A stretch of DNA of 64,000 bases from Candidatus Thorarchaeota archaeon (GTDB lineage: Archaea > Asgardarchaeota > Thorarchaeia > Thorarchaeales > Thorarchaeaceae). How positions within the stretch are numbered: the stretch's first letter is position 1; every line of letters starts with the position of its first letter. The stretch spans positions 64,001 through 128,000 of the forward strand of contig JBHLRZ010000003.1 of assembly GCA_048882045.1 (NCBI GenBank), in the 5' to 3' direction. Position numbers and translations under genes: made by a program. The notes beneath the pieces are model-generated. The model made no database searches and was not told where the DNA came from. It saw only the letters and a list, made by a program, of their open reading frames with translations. Positions 28,776 through 40,161 of this stretch are shown here, piece by piece.

Positions 28776-28935
28776 TTTGAATGCTCCGAGTGCTAACAAA
28801 AGCCTACTCCGGAGAGTTGATTATTTCCAATTGGGACTGAATAAAAACCTGACGTCATAGGTATTTTCGTAGTTTCGAAAACGTTAAAGAGTGGTCGAAT
28901 TAGAAAACCGCCGAGTCACATCCTAAGGTGAAGAC

Positions 28936-29562
28936 ATGACAGAAACGGAGAAGACGAAGTATAGTTTCAAGTGTTTGGAGAGCAAGTGCGATACAAAAAC
29001 ATGTCACATCAGGCCAAATATCAATGTCACACACGGAGATATCGCACGGTGGACAAAGCAGGGGTATCTCATGAATATTCTACCCGGTCTTATACTTAGG
29101 CTACCTCAGTCAGATCAGGACCTCATCAGTATAGAGATGTTGCGGAAGTCCCTTGAGAACGATTCTGAAACAACAGCTTGTATCTTCTACAACGAGAGTG
29201 CAAACGCATGCGAGATCAGATACTCTCGACCAATCTCATGTAGATCATTTCCTCTGGAATACAACGGAGAGAAATATGTCCTAAGTTCTAAGGACTGCCC
29301 AGGTGTCGGGCAAGGAGAGGTCAGTAAGGAGGCACTTCAAGAGGCTCGAGCACTGGCTGAGCAAGAATTCAATGAGAGAATAGAAACCATTTCATCACTA
29401 CCTGTAGTCTATACAATCATAATGAATCAAATGCTGCGACAGTCAGCTGAAGCAATGCAGAACCTCTCTGAAGAAGACAGAAAGAAGATGGATGAGATTC
29501 TGGGACGTTCTTCAGAACAAGAAGAAACTTCAGATGACGAATCTACAGATCCATCTGAATGA
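28936..29562 (+). CDS. YkgJ / CxxCxxCC-family cysteine-cluster protein
   Basis: FKC..KC...TC; CIFY...CEIRYSRPISCRSFP; CPGVG. Confidence 0.8.
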   Translation: MTETEKTKYSFKCLESKCDTKTCHIRPNINVTHGDIARWTKQGYLMNILPGLILRLPQSDQDLISIEMLRKSLENDSETTACIFYNESANACEIRYSRPISCRSFPLEYNGEKYVLSSKDCPGVGQGEVSKEALQEARALAEQEFNERIETISSLPVVYTIIMNQMLRQSAEAMQNLSEEDRKKMDEILGRSSEQEETSDDESTDPSE

Positions 29563-30643
29563 GATCCCGAATTGTGAATGTGAGTAGCTCTGGACCATCC
29601 TCCCGTATACAGACTAGGTCTTCAATTCGGACTCCGAACTTACCTTCCAAGTAGACACCGGGTTCAACACTGTGACACATTCCAGACTTCAGAATCTCAG
29701 AACTTCCTCTGACCACGTAGGGAGATTCATGGACTTCAAGCCCAACTCCATGCCCAAGTCGATGAGTGAAGAAATCGCCATATCCTGCATCGTCGATGAC
29801 ACGTCGAGCTACACCATCGGCAGCTCCGCATGCCATGCCAGCTTTGATCTTATCCATGGCAGTTTCCAGAGCCTGTAATACTGTGGAATGGACAGCCTGA
29901 ATCTCCTCAGTTGGATCACCGACCACTCCAACACGAGTCATGTCGGTATTATATCCGTCAATTGAACACCCACAGTCCATCAACACCACATCACCTTTCT
30001 TCAGCTCTCTTGATCCAGGGGATGCATGGGGAAGAGCGCTGTGCTCACCAAACTGGACTATAGCGAATGTAGCGACAGCTCCCTGTCGTCTAATTTCCTT
30101 CTGCACGATATCTTGTACATCAATCTCAGTCATTCCAAGCTGTGCTTCAGCAAATGCTTTCGATACCGCATCGTCAATGACAAGGCCAGCCTTCTTCATC
30201 AGCTCAATCTCGGTTTCCGACTTTGATATTCGCATCTTGTCAATCACTGGAGTAACAGATGCGGTGTCCTTGAACCCTCCCATCTCTCTCTCTAGCGACC
30301 AAAAAACACCAAGTGGTATTGATTCATCAAAGAGAACCACTTTGTTCCTACCGATTATCTCCACGACTTTTCTATACGGATTTTCATCCTCAGCCCAAGA
30401 TGTGAATTCCTTTATCCAGGTGTGCGATTGATGATCAGACATCTCAAAAGCAGGTGAGATGATAATCGGATCTCCCTCCTTTCTGACAATGAGGGCGAGT
30501 AGACGTTCATGCATTTGATACGCGAAACCAACCAAGTATTGGAAGCTGGGTGAAGGAGTCAGAAATGCTACATCAGCACCTGAGCTCTCAATGTGTTTTT
30601 GAACACGAACCATTCTTTCCCTGTAAACAGATTCATCGAGCAA
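29543..30643 (-). CDS. Xaa-Pro dipeptidase/aminopeptidase (M24)
   Basis: PHA, DCG...GYNTDMTR, HRLGHGVGLEVHE, EPGVY..GVRIED. Confidence 0.93.
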   Translation of the reverse strand: MLDESVYRERMVRVQKHIESSGADVAFLTPSPSFQYLVGFAYQMHERLLALIVRKEGDPIIISPAFEMSDHQSHTWIKEFTSWAEDENPYRKVVEIIGRNKVVLFDESIPLGVFWSLEREMGGFKDTASVTPVIDKMRISKSETEIELMKKAGLVIDDAVSKAFAEAQLGMTEIDVQDIVQKEIRRQGAVATFAIVQFGEHSALPHASPGSRELKKGDVVLMDCGCSIDGYNTDMTRVGVVGDPTEEIQAVHSTVLQALETAMDKIKAGMACGAADGVARRVIDDAGYGDFFTHRLGHGVGLEVHESPYVVRGSSEILKSGMCHSVEPGVYLEGKFGVRIEDLVCIREDGPELLTFTIRDLIQMDL

Positions 30644-30755
30644 TTCCAGCTCTCACAACCAACGGTTGTATACGATGCTTTGCAATTAACCATGACGGTT
30701 CTCACATTAGGGAAGAATTACAGTTAATAGGAGGTCCGAGAGCCGCTGTCAAAGA

Positions 30756-32138
30756 ATGGTCGATACTGTGGAAGAAGTCAAGGGAGTGAAATATGAGCTG
30801 CAAAAGCTCCCTCCCAGTGCATATCTTGTAGGTGCATTGACTCAGTTTGCAGTGGGCCTTCATTCACCTTTCCTGTCTGCTTACCTGATTGATATGCAAG
30901 AGCACCTCTATGGAGCTCAAAACTTCATTGAGCAGGGAGCTTTTAGAAGTGTGGGCAATATAGGAAACACGTTGCTACAACCTCTATGGGGAGGTGCTTC
31001 AGACAGGGTTGGGCATACCAAGGCATTCGTGGCATTTGGAACGCTTACTGGACTACTAATTGTCTATATGTTCCTCTTCGCGTCCACACCAGTCGAGTTG
31101 ATCTTTCTATATACTATTCAATCAGTATTGTTCAGTATCCAGATTCCTACATGGCTTTCACTCATTGGAGGATTGATGGACGAAGAAAACCGAGGAACTG
31201 AGCTTGGAAAATTAGGACTTGTGACGAATATTGCTTCCCTTTCAGCCACACTGATCTCTGGATTCATCGCAGTCTTGCCCAGTCTGGTTCTATTACTCCG
31301 CAATTTTCTTGGTGAAGTACTGATTCCAATCCAGACACCAGCTGAATTATGGCGAGAAGCATATTACGGTGCATTCTTTTTTACAGCTTCTGTGGGGATA
31401 GTTTCCTCAATACTTACAATAAGGATACAGGAGAAACCAAAGAAGGATGACGGTCCACGAAAATTCCCGCCAATGCTTCGTCTTCTCTCCCAACCTGGTG
31501 ATTTTCGAAGGTTCTGTTTCGTGGCAGTCTTCTTCTCATTTGCTATGTCAATGGCGTGGCCATACTTCATTGTGGTCCAAAAAGTCTGGCTCAACAATTC
31601 AAATCTCGAGATCGCAATAGCTTCAGCAGTAATGACGTTGGCAATTGTACTGTTCACAGTCCCCTTTGGGAAACTGAGTGACCGCGTTGGGAGGCGACCG
31701 TTGATTCTTCTCGGAAGAGGTCTCCTGTTCCTAGTTCCACTCATGTACGCATTTGCCACTCATGTTTTCATGGTATACGCGGCAAACATTCTTGCAGGCT
31801 TTTGTGTTGCATCGGGGATGAACGCAATTACTGCTTACATATACGACATCTCCCCGGAAGAAGAGAGGGGTTCACATCTGGCAGTATTCAACACATTTAC
31901 AGGGATAGTCTACCTCTTTGGTTCATTGCTAGCAGGGTTTTTCGGAGAGGTGATTAGATTGTCACTTGGGAGTGAGTATTTGTCAGTCTTCATAATGCTC
32001 ATTGCCAGTGGTTGCTTGAGGTTCGTTGCTTCATTCTTCTATCTGCTCATCCGTGAGCCTCGAGAGTATTCTTCCACTCTTTGGCTAGAGTTGAGGGCAC
32101 TCCGTCCAAGTAGGCGTCATGATGCAGACCTCGTCTAG
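30756..32138 (+). CDS. MFS transporter
   Basis: WGGASDRVG and GKLSDRVGRR motif-A repeats; about 12 TMs. Confidence 0.9.
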   Translation: MVDTVEEVKGVKYELQKLPPSAYLVGALTQFAVGLHSPFLSAYLIDMQEHLYGAQNFIEQGAFRSVGNIGNTLLQPLWGGASDRVGHTKAFVAFGTLTGLLIVYMFLFASTPVELIFLYTIQSVLFSIQIPTWLSLIGGLMDEENRGTELGKLGLVTNIASLSATLISGFIAVLPSLVLLLRNFLGEVLIPIQTPAELWREAYYGAFFFTASVGIVSSILTIRIQEKPKKDDGPRKFPPMLRLLSQPGDFRRFCFVAVFFSFAMSMAWPYFIVVQKVWLNNSNLEIAIASAVMTLAIVLFTVPFGKLSDRVGRRPLILLGRGLLFLVPLMYAFATHVFMVYAANILAGFCVASGMNAITAYIYDISPEEERGSHLAVFNTFTGIVYLFGSLLAGFFGEVIRLSLGSEYLSVFIMLIASGCLRFVASFFYLLIREPREYSSTLWLELRALRPSRRHDADLV

Positions 32139-32194
32139 AATAGACATACTTAAGGAGATGTACACAAAAAGTAGGCTCCGAACCAAAGAGAGGA

Positions 32195-32554
32195 TTGTGT
32201 CAGTTGGAAAAGGGACCAAGTTTTGAAGAATCCTGGAAGATTGAAATCAGGAGAGGGATTCTTCAGTATGCGGTTCTTGCAATAGTGAAATTACATGAGG
32301 AAGGAATTCATGGATATGGAATAGCTCGAGAACTTGAAGAGAGAACAGATGGACTTCTTCAGGTCAAAGAGGGGACACTCTATCCAATCCTACATCGACT
32401 ACGAAAAGAACGACTTCTGAATGTACACACAGAGAAATCCGACTCTGGACCCAGCCGCAAGGTCTACGTTCTTACTGGTGAGGGAGATCGTGTGTATCGA
32501 CAGCTGACTGTCATTGTTGATGATATCTTTGAGAAGTTGGAGGCACTCAAATGA
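32195..32554 (+). CDS. PadR family transcriptional regulator
   Basis: HGYGIA..GTLYPILHRL..RKVYVLTGEG. Confidence 0.92.
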   Translation: MCQLEKGPSFEESWKIEIRRGILQYAVLAIVKLHEEGIHGYGIARELEERTDGLLQVKEGTLYPILHRLRKERLLNVHTEKSDSGPSRKVYVLTGEGDRVYRQLTVIVDDIFEKLEALK

Positions 32555-32994
32555 AAGATGAAGTTGATAAGATTATTAGAGGATATATCAAGAAGACAGG
32601 TAGTCTACTACCGGATGGTTTTGAAACTGAGGATCTGTTAGAGGATCTTAAGACTCATATTGAGCAATCGTATTCAGACAAGCTTTCAAAGAGATTGGGG
32701 GAAGATCCTAAACTGCTCATACGAGAAGTTCTTGATGAATTGGGAACACCGGAAGAAATTGCAGAGGAGTACGGGAAGGAGCAGATGCAGGAACCAGATG
32801 AAAAGAAAAAGACTGACAAATGGGTTCGCTATGCAATGAGATTGACAGCAACCATTCTAGTGGTCGTTCTTGCATCTTGGGCAGCTTCAACCCTCACTGA
32901 GGGAGTTATAGACTTCAATCTAGCAGTCATCACCCTTCTTGCATTGGCTGTTCTTGAATTCTATGTAAGGGCACAACAAACGAAGGATGCATAA
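32551..32994 (+). CDS. HAAS-domain (DUF1700-like) two-TM membrane protein, likely PadR partner
   Basis: EDLKTHI...LDELGTPEEIAEEY followed by two TMs; overlaps the PadR stop. Confidence 0.78.
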   Translation: MKDEVDKIIRGYIKKTGSLLPDGFETEDLLEDLKTHIEQSYSDKLSKRLGEDPKLLIREVLDELGTPEEIAEEYGKEQMQEPDEKKKTDKWVRYAMRLTATILVVVLASWAASTLTEGVIDFNLAVITLLALAVLEFYVRAQQTKDA

Positions 32995-32997
32995 ATA

Positions 32998-33561
32998 ATG
33001 AAGACAGTCTACTTCGAAAAGGCGTCTCGCGAACATACATCAGAAGTACTTTCTCTGGTTAGGGAGTATCTAAATAACAATCCAGATGTTGGGGATGTTG
33101 TCGTTGCAACGACTGAAGGATCTACAGGAATAGTGGCCGCCAAGGAATTTTCAGATATGAATGTAGTCGTTGTTTCACACCAGTCAGGATTTGCTAGGGA
33201 AAATGAGAATGAGCTTAGTGAAAAGAATCGTGCAGAGATTGTGAAGACTGGTGCGAAAGTGCTGACTGCAACTCACGCTTTTGCAGGTGTTGCAAGGAGC
33301 TTTCGAAAAGAGCTTGGAACGTGGATGCCAACAGAGATTGCAGCTGTTGCTTTGAAGACATTCGGTCAAGGGACAAAAGTATGTGCAGAGATAGCCATGA
33401 TGGCTGCAGATGCTGGTCTTATCTCAGTTGATAAGAACGTTGTATGTATTGGAGGTACTGGTCGAGGTGCAGACACTGCCTGGGTGGTCCGCCCTGCAAA
33501 CTCTCATGCATTTCCAAAACTTCGGATGAGAGCATGTATCTGCAAACCATTCGAGTTCTAG
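32998..33561 (+). CDS. Pyruvate-kinase C-terminal-like alpha/beta protein (DUF1867-like)
   Basis: [51 protein letters not shown]. Confidence 0.8.
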   Translation: MKTVYFEKASREHTSEVLSLVREYLNNNPDVGDVVVATTEGSTGIVAAKEFSDMNVVVVSHQSGFARENENELSEKNRAEIVKTGAKVLTATHAFAGVARSFRKELGTWMPTEIAAVALKTFGQGTKVCAEIAMMAADAGLISVDKNVVCIGGTGRGADTAWVVRPANSHAFPKLRMRACICKPFEF

Positions 33562-34592
33562 TCAAAGACTTCATCGAATTTCTTCAAAAATTCTTTCTGT
33601 TCTTTGTTGAGCTTCCGTGGAATTTTGATGTTCACTCGTACCAATTGATCACCACTCCGGCCATCTTCTGTGTGAACACCCTTACCCTTCATACGGAACA
33701 GAGTTCCGCTTTCAGTCCCACTCTTCACCTTAACCTTACTATTTCCCCACATTGTGGGTACCTCAACCTCGCCACCCAGAACAGCAATTGAGAATGGGAC
33801 ATCTGTTTCCATATACACATGTAAACCTCTTCTAACAAAGAATTCATGGGGTTTGACTGAAAACATCAAGATGAGGTCTCCATGTGGACCACCCCTCTCA
33901 CCAGCATTCCCTCCACCCTGAATCCGGATTCCCTGTCCGTCTTCGACTCCAGGAGGTATTGGAACCTTTGTTTCCTTTCTTTCGTCAACAATTCCTGACC
34001 CACGACACTCAGGACACGGGGTATCAATTGACTCACCAAGTCCTCTACATGTTGGACAGGTTTGGGCAACACTCATGAACCCACCCATCGATCTGACCAC
34101 TTGTCCTTGCCCTCCACAAGTTCTGCAGCGAACTGGTTGTGTACCTGGTTTCGCACCGCTTCCATTGCAGTTGGAACACTGGACCTTCCTTCGAAAAGCA
34201 ATCTCTTTCTCAGTACCAGAGAACGCCTCCTCAAAGGTCAGATTGATGGTCATACGCAGAGTCTGGCCAGAAGGAGGCCCAGCTCGACCTCTCTGACCAA
34301 AACCTCCAAACCCTCCAAATCCTCTGAAGATAGAACTGAATATGTCTCCGAACCCATCCATGTTTATACCCTGAAAATCTGCAGTCCCATAGCGATCGTA
34401 ATTGGCTCTTTTTTCAGGATCGCCAAGGACATCATAAGCCTCATTCACTCTTTTTAGTTTCTCTTGGGCGCTTGGATCGGGATTACGATCTGGGTGATAC
34501 TCCTTTGCCAATCTTCGATAAGCCTTCTTAATATCGTCCTGCGTAGCGCTGCGACCTACACCGAGTAGTTCATAGTAGTCGTCTTCAGCCAC
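33558..34592 (-). CDS. dnaJ: Chaperone DnaJ
   Basis: J-domain HPD, G/F-rich region, four CxxCxGxG repeats. Confidence 0.97.
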   Translation of the reverse strand: MAEDDYYELLGVGRSATQDDIKKAYRRLAKEYHPDRNPDPSAQEKLKRVNEAYDVLGDPEKRANYDRYGTADFQGINMDGFGDIFSSIFRGFGGFGGFGQRGRAGPPSGQTLRMTINLTFEEAFSGTEKEIAFRRKVQCSNCNGSGAKPGTQPVRCRTCGGQGQVVRSMGGFMSVAQTCPTCRGLGESIDTPCPECRGSGIVDERKETKVPIPPGVEDGQGIRIQGGGNAGERGGPHGDLILMFSVKPHEFFVRRGLHVYMETDVPFSIAVLGGEVEVPTMWGNSKVKVKSGTESGTLFRMKGKGVHTEDGRSGDQLVRVNIKIPRKLNKEQKEFLKKFDEVFD

Positions 34593-34612
34593 AGAGTATC
34601 ACCCATCGTTGA

Positions 34613-36496
34613 TTATTCTAGATCTTCGAAATCTACGTCAACGACATCTTCTTCGTCTTCTCCAGAAGATGCTGAAGTTTGACCGGTAGGACCAGCTCCC
34701 ATCTGACTAGTATCAAAACCAGCTGCACCGGGTCCAGCTGTCCCAGGTCCAGCCGCACCATAGACCTTCTCTGAAATCTTGTATATGATTTGCTGAAGTT
34801 CTTCTGTACCAGATTTCATCTTCTCATAGTCTTCATTCTCTACGGCCTTGGTCAGTTCTTGGGCCTTCGAGGTGAATTCGGTCCTCAGATCAGCTGGCAC
34901 TTTGTCACCAAGATCCTTCAGTAGTTTCTCACCTTGATGGATCATTTGGTCAGCCATATTTTTAGTTTCTACTTGGTCTTTCCACTTTGCATCCTCTTCA
35001 GCATATTTTTCTGCATCTTTGACCATTCTATTTATGTCATCGTCAGAGAGATTCGTACTTGCAGTAATTGTGATTGATTGTTCATTACCAGTGGCTAGAT
35101 CCTTGGCTTTTACATTGACAATGCCATTTGCATCGATATCGAATGTGACCTCAATCTGTGGTGTACCCCTCGGTGCGGGAGGAATTCCGATGAGCTGAAA
35201 CTTCCCCAGCGTCATATTCTGGGAGGCCATTGGCCGTTCTCCCTGAACAACATGAATATCAACAGCTGTCTGACCATCAGCAGCAGTTGAGAAAATCTTG
35301 CTCTTTCTGGTCGGGACTGTTGTATTCCTTTCAATCAGTGGAGTTGATACTCCACCTAAAGTTTCAATACCAAGTGTCAGAGGTGTGACATCTAGAAGCA
35401 GGATGTCCTTCACATCTCCAGAAAGTACACCAGCCTGAGCTGCAGCTCCAAGTGCAACACATTCATCTGGATTGATGCTCTTGTCTCCCTCTTTTCCGAA
35501 CAGGTCACGAATGATTTGTTGGATCATTGGCATCCGAGTAGCCCCTCCAACGAGCAGGATCTTGTTAATCTGCTCAGGTTCCAACTTGGCATCACTCAAT
35601 GCCTGTCGAATAGGTCCGACTGTTGCATCAACCAGATCATCAGTCATCTTTTCAAATGTCGAACGGTTCAGGTCGATGTTGAGATGCTTTGGACCACTCT
35701 GGTCAGCTGTGACATAGGGCAGGTTAATGTTTGTCTGCATGACTGTGGAGAGCTCGATCTTTGCCTGTTCTGCAGCATCTCGAACTCGTTGCATAGCAGA
35801 AAGGTCCGTTTTCAAATCCACTCCAGTTTGATTCTTAAACTCCTCAACCATCCAGTCAATGACTCGGTTGTCCCAATCGTCACCGCCGAGCTGTGTGTTT
35901 CCACTCGTTGAGAGGACTTCATAAACGGTCTCATTATCGACTGCCCCAATGTCTAAGATAGATACATCAAAAGTCCCTCCACCCAAGTCATATACCAGAA
36001 CTTTCACTTCCTTGCCCTTGTCCAATCCATACGCAAGTGCGGAGGCGGTGGGTTCGTTCACAATTCGTTCAACTTCAAATCCAGCTATTCTTCCAGCATC
36101 ACGGGTAGCTTGCCTCTGACTGTCATTGAAGTAAGCGGGTACTGTAATAACCGCCTTTTCAATAGATTCACCCAAGAATGCTTCTGCATCCTTCTTCATC
36201 TTTGTCAGGATCATTGCAGAGATCTCCTGAGGCGTGTATTCTTTTTCACCTATCTTGACCTTGTAGTCCTGCCCCATCTTTCTCTTAATTGATCGGACTG
36301 TACGCTCAGGCATCGATACTGCTTGACGTTTTGCAAGCTCACCCACGACTATCTCACCCTTCGGTGTGATTCCAACGACTGAAGGAGTCAGACGCTTCCC
36401 TTCAGCGTTTGTAATAATGGTGGGTTTCCCGCCTTCCATATAGGCGATACCGCTGTTTGTTGTACCCAAATCAATTCCAACTATCTTACTTGTCAT
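34613..36496 (-). CDS. dnaK: Chaperone DnaK (Hsp70)
   Basis: [33 protein letters not shown]. Confidence 0.99.
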   Translation of the reverse strand: MTSKIVGIDLGTTNSGIAYMEGGKPTIITNAEGKRLTPSVVGITPKGEIVVGELAKRQAVSMPERTVRSIKRKMGQDYKVKIGEKEYTPQEISAMILTKMKKDAEAFLGESIEKAVITVPAYFNDSQRQATRDAGRIAGFEVERIVNEPTASALAYGLDKGKEVKVLVYDLGGGTFDVSILDIGAVDNETVYEVLSTSGNTQLGGDDWDNRVIDWMVEEFKNQTGVDLKTDLSAMQRVRDAAEQAKIELSTVMQTNINLPYVTADQSGPKHLNIDLNRSTFEKMTDDLVDATVGPIRQALSDAKLEPEQINKILLVGGATRMPMIQQIIRDLFGKEGDKSINPDECVALGAAAQAGVLSGDVKDILLLDVTPLTLGIETLGGVSTPLIERNTTVPTRKSKIFSTAADGQTAVDIHVVQGERPMASQNMTLGKFQLIGIPPAPRGTPQIEVTFDIDANGIVNVKAKDLATGNEQSITITASTNLSDDDINRMVKDAEKYAEEDAKWKDQVETKNMADQMIHQGEKLLKDLGDKVPADLRTEFTSKAQELTKAVENEDYEKMKSGTEELQQIIYKISEKVYGAAGPGTAGPGAAGFDTSQMGAGPTGQTSASSGEDEEDVVDVDFEDLE

Positions 36497-36498
36497 CG

Positions 36499-37113
36499 TT
36501 AATCACCATTGGTTTCCGAATTGTTATCATCGTCATCACTACTCTTTTCGACAGGGACTTCTATTCGGTTCACACAGACCATTGCAGGTCGCAGAACTTT
36601 CTCTTTGAGCATGTAGCCCCTCTGATACTCTTCAAGAATTAATCCGTCAGGCTTGTCCGGGTCGTTTGTCTTTTGAACCGCATGTTGATAGTAGGGATCA
36701 AATTGTTGACCTAGCGACTCGATTGGACGCACACCTTCTTTGGAAAGAATTGTATCTAGTTGTTTTTGAATCGCCGCAACTCCAGCTTTGGCTTCATTTG
36801 GATCCTTCTTGAAGTCCACTTGGAGTGCACGATGAATGTTATCATAAACATCCAAAACCTTCAGGATGATGTCCTCACTTGCGAATTGTGCAGCTTCTGA
36901 GAATCTGTACTCCATCCGTTTTCTATAGTTATCAAACTCAGCCTGCAATCGTTGAAGTCTATCAAACAAGTCCTTGGACTTCTCGCTCTCATCTTTGACC
37001 TGTTCAAGGAGAGGGTCTTCAGGTACTATCTCGAAGACTTCCTCAGGTTCATTGAGACCTTCATCTGACAGGTCTAACTCGAAATCCTGATCTTTTTCGC
37101 CTTCATCGTGCAT
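36499..37113 (-). CDS. grpE: Nucleotide exchange factor GrpE
   Basis: [35 protein letters not shown]. Confidence 0.96.
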   Translation of the reverse strand: MHDEGEKDQDFELDLSDEGLNEPEEVFEIVPEDPLLEQVKDESEKSKDLFDRLQRLQAEFDNYRKRMEYRFSEAAQFASEDIILKVLDVYDNIHRALQVDFKKDPNEAKAGVAAIQKQLDTILSKEGVRPIESLGQQFDPYYQHAVQKTNDPDKPDGLILEEYQRGYMLKEKVLRPAMVCVNRIEVPVEKSSDDDDNNSETNGD

Positions 37114-37313
37114 TTCAAGTCCACGCTGCCTAATCGTAGTAGACACTGACTGACAATCTGTACAGAAAGGGGTCGTATATTGGGTTGCTGATTAATCCAC
37201 AGCTGCCCTCGGTGACTCGGGCCAATCCTTTGTTAAACAAATAAAACCTTTTCGACATAGGTCCTTTTGAAGACCGAAAACAAAATCAAGGGCAATGAAG
37301 GTGTTGAGTTGAA

Positions 37314-38057
37314 ATGTCGAACAAGGATGAGATTGAAAGAGCCAGAAAATTGGTTGCCAGGAGTAACAAGATTATAGCTCTTACAGGAGCGGGAATTAGT
37401 GTTGATTCCGGGATTCCAGATTTCCGATCCGAAGGAGGTCTCTGGCAGCGCTACGATCCCCACGAGTATGCAACAATAGAGAGCTTCAACAAGAATCCAA
37501 CTAAATTTTGGACCATGGGTCGAGAGTTGGCTGAAACAATTCTTCAGGCAAAACCAAACAGTGCTCACAATGGACTCACAAAACTTGAAACTGCTAAGAA
37601 GCTTATTGGCATCATCACCCAGAACATCGATAACCTACATCAGACAGCAGGTAGTAAGAGGATAGTTGAGTTACGTGGGAACTACCTCCGTGCTCACTGT
37701 ACTCAGTGTGGGAAGGAATATGTTGGAGAAGAAGTACATCAACGTGTAGTCAATGGAGAGATACCACCAAAGTGTGACGCATGTCATGGAATCTTGAAAT
37801 CCGAGGCAGTACTTTTTGGAGAACCTCTACCTGAAAAGGCGATGGAAGAAGCAATTGCCCTTTGCCGCGAAGCTGACCTCATGTTGGTAATCGGTTCCAG
37901 TCTGACGATCTATCCAGCTGCATTTCTTCCTCAATTGGCAAAGAATGCGGGAGCCAAGATTATTCTCATTAATCTTGAAGGGATAAACAGAAACAATGTT
38001 GCAGACATAGTCATCAAGGGTCGTGCTACCGAGGTTATTCCTAAAATAGTGGATTAA
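37314..38057 (+). CDS. cobB: Sir2/CobB-family NAD-dependent deacylase (Arg at the catalytic His position)
   Basis: GAGISVDSGIPDFR, TQNIDNLH, two CxxC pairs, VLFGE, GSSL; ELRG instead of ELHG. Confidence 0.9.
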   Translation: MSNKDEIERARKLVARSNKIIALTGAGISVDSGIPDFRSEGGLWQRYDPHEYATIESFNKNPTKFWTMGRELAETILQAKPNSAHNGLTKLETAKKLIGIITQNIDNLHQTAGSKRIVELRGNYLRAHCTQCGKEYVGEEVHQRVVNGEIPPKCDACHGILKSEAVLFGEPLPEKAMEEAIALCREADLMLVIGSSLTIYPAAFLPQLAKNAGAKIILINLEGINRNNVADIVIKGRATEVIPKIVD

Positions 38058-38386
38058 GTGACAAGGGGAAAGGCAAACCAGGAATAGACAGCCAGCCCTC
38101 CTGGAATGAGAATGACTGATATCAATATTGTGATGACTCCCAACAGGTACAAATTGTTATCCATCATCCATAGACCAAGATAGGAGAAGGAGTAAGATAC
38201 AACACAGGCTGTGAAACCCAAGACAATCACAGGTGCAAGAGGGAATGCTATGGAGAGGAATCCTCCTGCCTGGGTCCAAAGAAGCCCAATGTTTAGGACC
38301 ACAAAGAATCCTCTAACAGCTAAATATACAATGATGGATATGAAGATTCCAATCTGTGAGAATGTCAAGCGTGCTGATAGACTCAT
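38054..38386 (-). CDS. Small hypothetical membrane protein
   Basis: Three hydrophobic segments; fills the gap between neighbouring genes. Confidence 0.65.
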   Translation of the reverse strand: MSLSARLTFSQIGIFISIIVYLAVRGFFVVLNIGLLWTQAGGFLSIAFPLAPVIVLGFTACVVSYSFSYLGLWMMDNNLYLLGVITILISVILIPGGLAVYSWFAFPLVT

Positions 38387-38481
38387 ATCTAATTCGTCAG
38401 ATTTTAGGTGTGAGGGGCTTTTTACGCTTTCTGAGCTGACTACTGCAAATGTCTTAAGTAGGTTGTACTCCGGGGGGAATC

Positions 38482-39447
38482 GTGAAGGACATCACCTGGA
38501 CACTCTCCAGCATTGGTCAGCTATCCATTTTACTTGAGGCAAGTTCGCCAAAACCAGGGAATGTAAACAGACAGATGGGATTCTCAGACACAGACTATCG
38601 ACACTTTCTCGCTAGTGCCTCACTCATGGCGAGGAGCTTGCATCTCAGTGCAGAAAGAGGAATCGCGTTAGTGAAAGGAGAGATTCAGCCTTCTGAAGTC
38701 TGTCTGGGTGAATTGATCCTCCAGAGTGCCCAGGACACCTTCACTGGGATAAACAAACGCAATACAATTCTTGGGACAATTCTACTATATGTTCCTCTCG
38801 TGGTTGCATGTGCAGCAGCAATCAAACAGGATGGCTCATTTACGAGCCAACGAGTTGCTGAGTGGTTGAAAGTAATTGTTCAGAACACCACAGTGGAAGA
38901 CACTATCAATCTGTATAGAGCATTTCATCTGGCAAGGTCAACGAGTCCAAGGCATAACGAATCGACTAGTTGGACAGATGCGCACAGTCGGTATGACATT
39001 GACAACGAGAATATCTTCGAGAATATCAAGAGTGACTCACTGACACTCCAAGCACTCTTCGAGATGTCCTCGGAAGTGGATGAGATAAGCAATGAATGGG
39101 CACATCAGTTCAGTCTAACATTGACGAAGGTCTTCCCCTACCTTGATAGCGTCACTGAGAACCTTGAAGACTTGGAGGAAGGAATTGTCCAAACCTTCAT
39201 CTGGCTTTTGTCACTGAGGCCTGATGGCCTCATAACCAAAAAGGCTGGCGAACAACGTGCAGAGGAGGTCAGGGCACTCGCTGAGAAGATTATGAGTGCG
39301 TGGAATCATTCATCTGGCCCTGTGGAAGTGATGTTCCAATTGGATATTGAACTTCGAAGAGAAGGGAATCTTTTGAATCCTGGAACAACCGCTGATCTCG
39401 TGTCAACAGCCATTCTTTGTAAGCTAGTGGCTCTAGAGTTTCCGTAG
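38482..39447 (+). CDS. CitG/MdcB-like triphosphoribosyl-dephospho-CoA synthase family protein (archaeal type)
   Basis: LEASSPKPGNV, NTILG.ILL, PDGLITKKAG, NPGTTADL. Confidence 0.85.
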   Translation: MKDITWTLSSIGQLSILLEASSPKPGNVNRQMGFSDTDYRHFLASASLMARSLHLSAERGIALVKGEIQPSEVCLGELILQSAQDTFTGINKRNTILGTILLYVPLVVACAAAIKQDGSFTSQRVAEWLKVIVQNTTVEDTINLYRAFHLARSTSPRHNESTSWTDAHSRYDIDNENIFENIKSDSLTLQALFEMSSEVDEISNEWAHQFSLTLTKVFPYLDSVTENLEDLEEGIVQTFIWLLSLRPDGLITKKAGEQRAEEVRALAEKIMSAWNHSSGPVEVMFQLDIELRREGNLLNPGTTADLVSTAILCKLVALEFP

Positions 39448-39448
39448 T

Positions 39449-39634
39449 TCAACCAATTATCCCACTGTAGACAATGATTGCCAGTATAAAGAGAAGGGCT
39501 GCTGAAGGAACAAGCATCACCTTTCCTTCTTTTCGCTTCACGAGCCGGACCTCCTTATTGGGACCCAGATAATACCCGAGAAGTAATAACACACCTAGAA
39601 CAACCATGAACAGAGCAAGTCCTTCGTGCGCCAT
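39449..39634 (-). CDS. Small two-TM hypothetical protein
   Basis: MAHEGLALFMVVLG...; two hydrophobic stretches separated by a basic loop. Confidence 0.6.
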   Translation of the reverse strand: MAHEGLALFMVVLGVLLLLGYYLGPNKEVRLVKRKEGKVMLVPSAALLFILAIIVYSGIIG

Positions 39635-39763
39635 CTTCCTTCTCTTAGAATTGAAAATTAATCTTGTTATTAACATAATCCTCTTGCACTATAAGCATCA
39701 TCAAAAATAGGAGGAGGCGCTCAGAACCACACAGTGGCTACGAGCTTGGGTGACACCTGTGGA

Positions 39764-40045
39764 TTATACGAGAACCTGTCTGAAGACGTGTTCGAATTTT
39801 ACACGAAGCTCCTTCGCACGTTCCATATCAGCAGCGTATAGTGGTTGTCGCATATCAGTGAGATTAGGAATTTTCTTGCACAACTTTTGACCCATTAGTT
39901 TCCGCAGAGCGAAGCTGACAGTTCGAGGTGCTAGGTCCACTCTACTGCTGATTGCTTTGGGCGTCATTGGACCTTCAGAAGTTAAGCGGTCCAGAACGAT
40001 TATTGCACTACGCGGTAGTTCTATGGACATGTTGTTCTCTACCAT
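39764..40045 (-). CDS. Winged helix-turn-helix protein (paralogue 1)
   Basis: EGPMTPK..DLAPRTVSFALRKL..PNLTDMRQPLY. Confidence 0.82.
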   Translation of the reverse strand: MVENNMSIELPRSAIIVLDRLTSEGPMTPKAISSRVDLAPRTVSFALRKLMGQKLCKKIPNLTDMRQPLYAADMERAKELRVKFEHVFRQVLV

Positions 40046-40161
40046 CCCATAAATGGTCGGGTCTTTCTGTTCCCGTTTTTTAATACTCTTATTCCAATAT
40101 AAGAGATAAGGTCACAGCAGTTCAATACATTTTCGAGTATTTACTTAAAAATGAGGAGCAT

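Noticed and set aside
33558-37113. grpE-dnaK-dnaJ as a recent horizontal island
   Set aside because: Common in many archaea; no mobility genes, flanking repeats or obvious compositional shift.
37314-38057. Sir2 as an anti-phage defence effector
   Set aside because: Stand-alone Zn-binding CobB-type protein in a housekeeping context with no defence partners.
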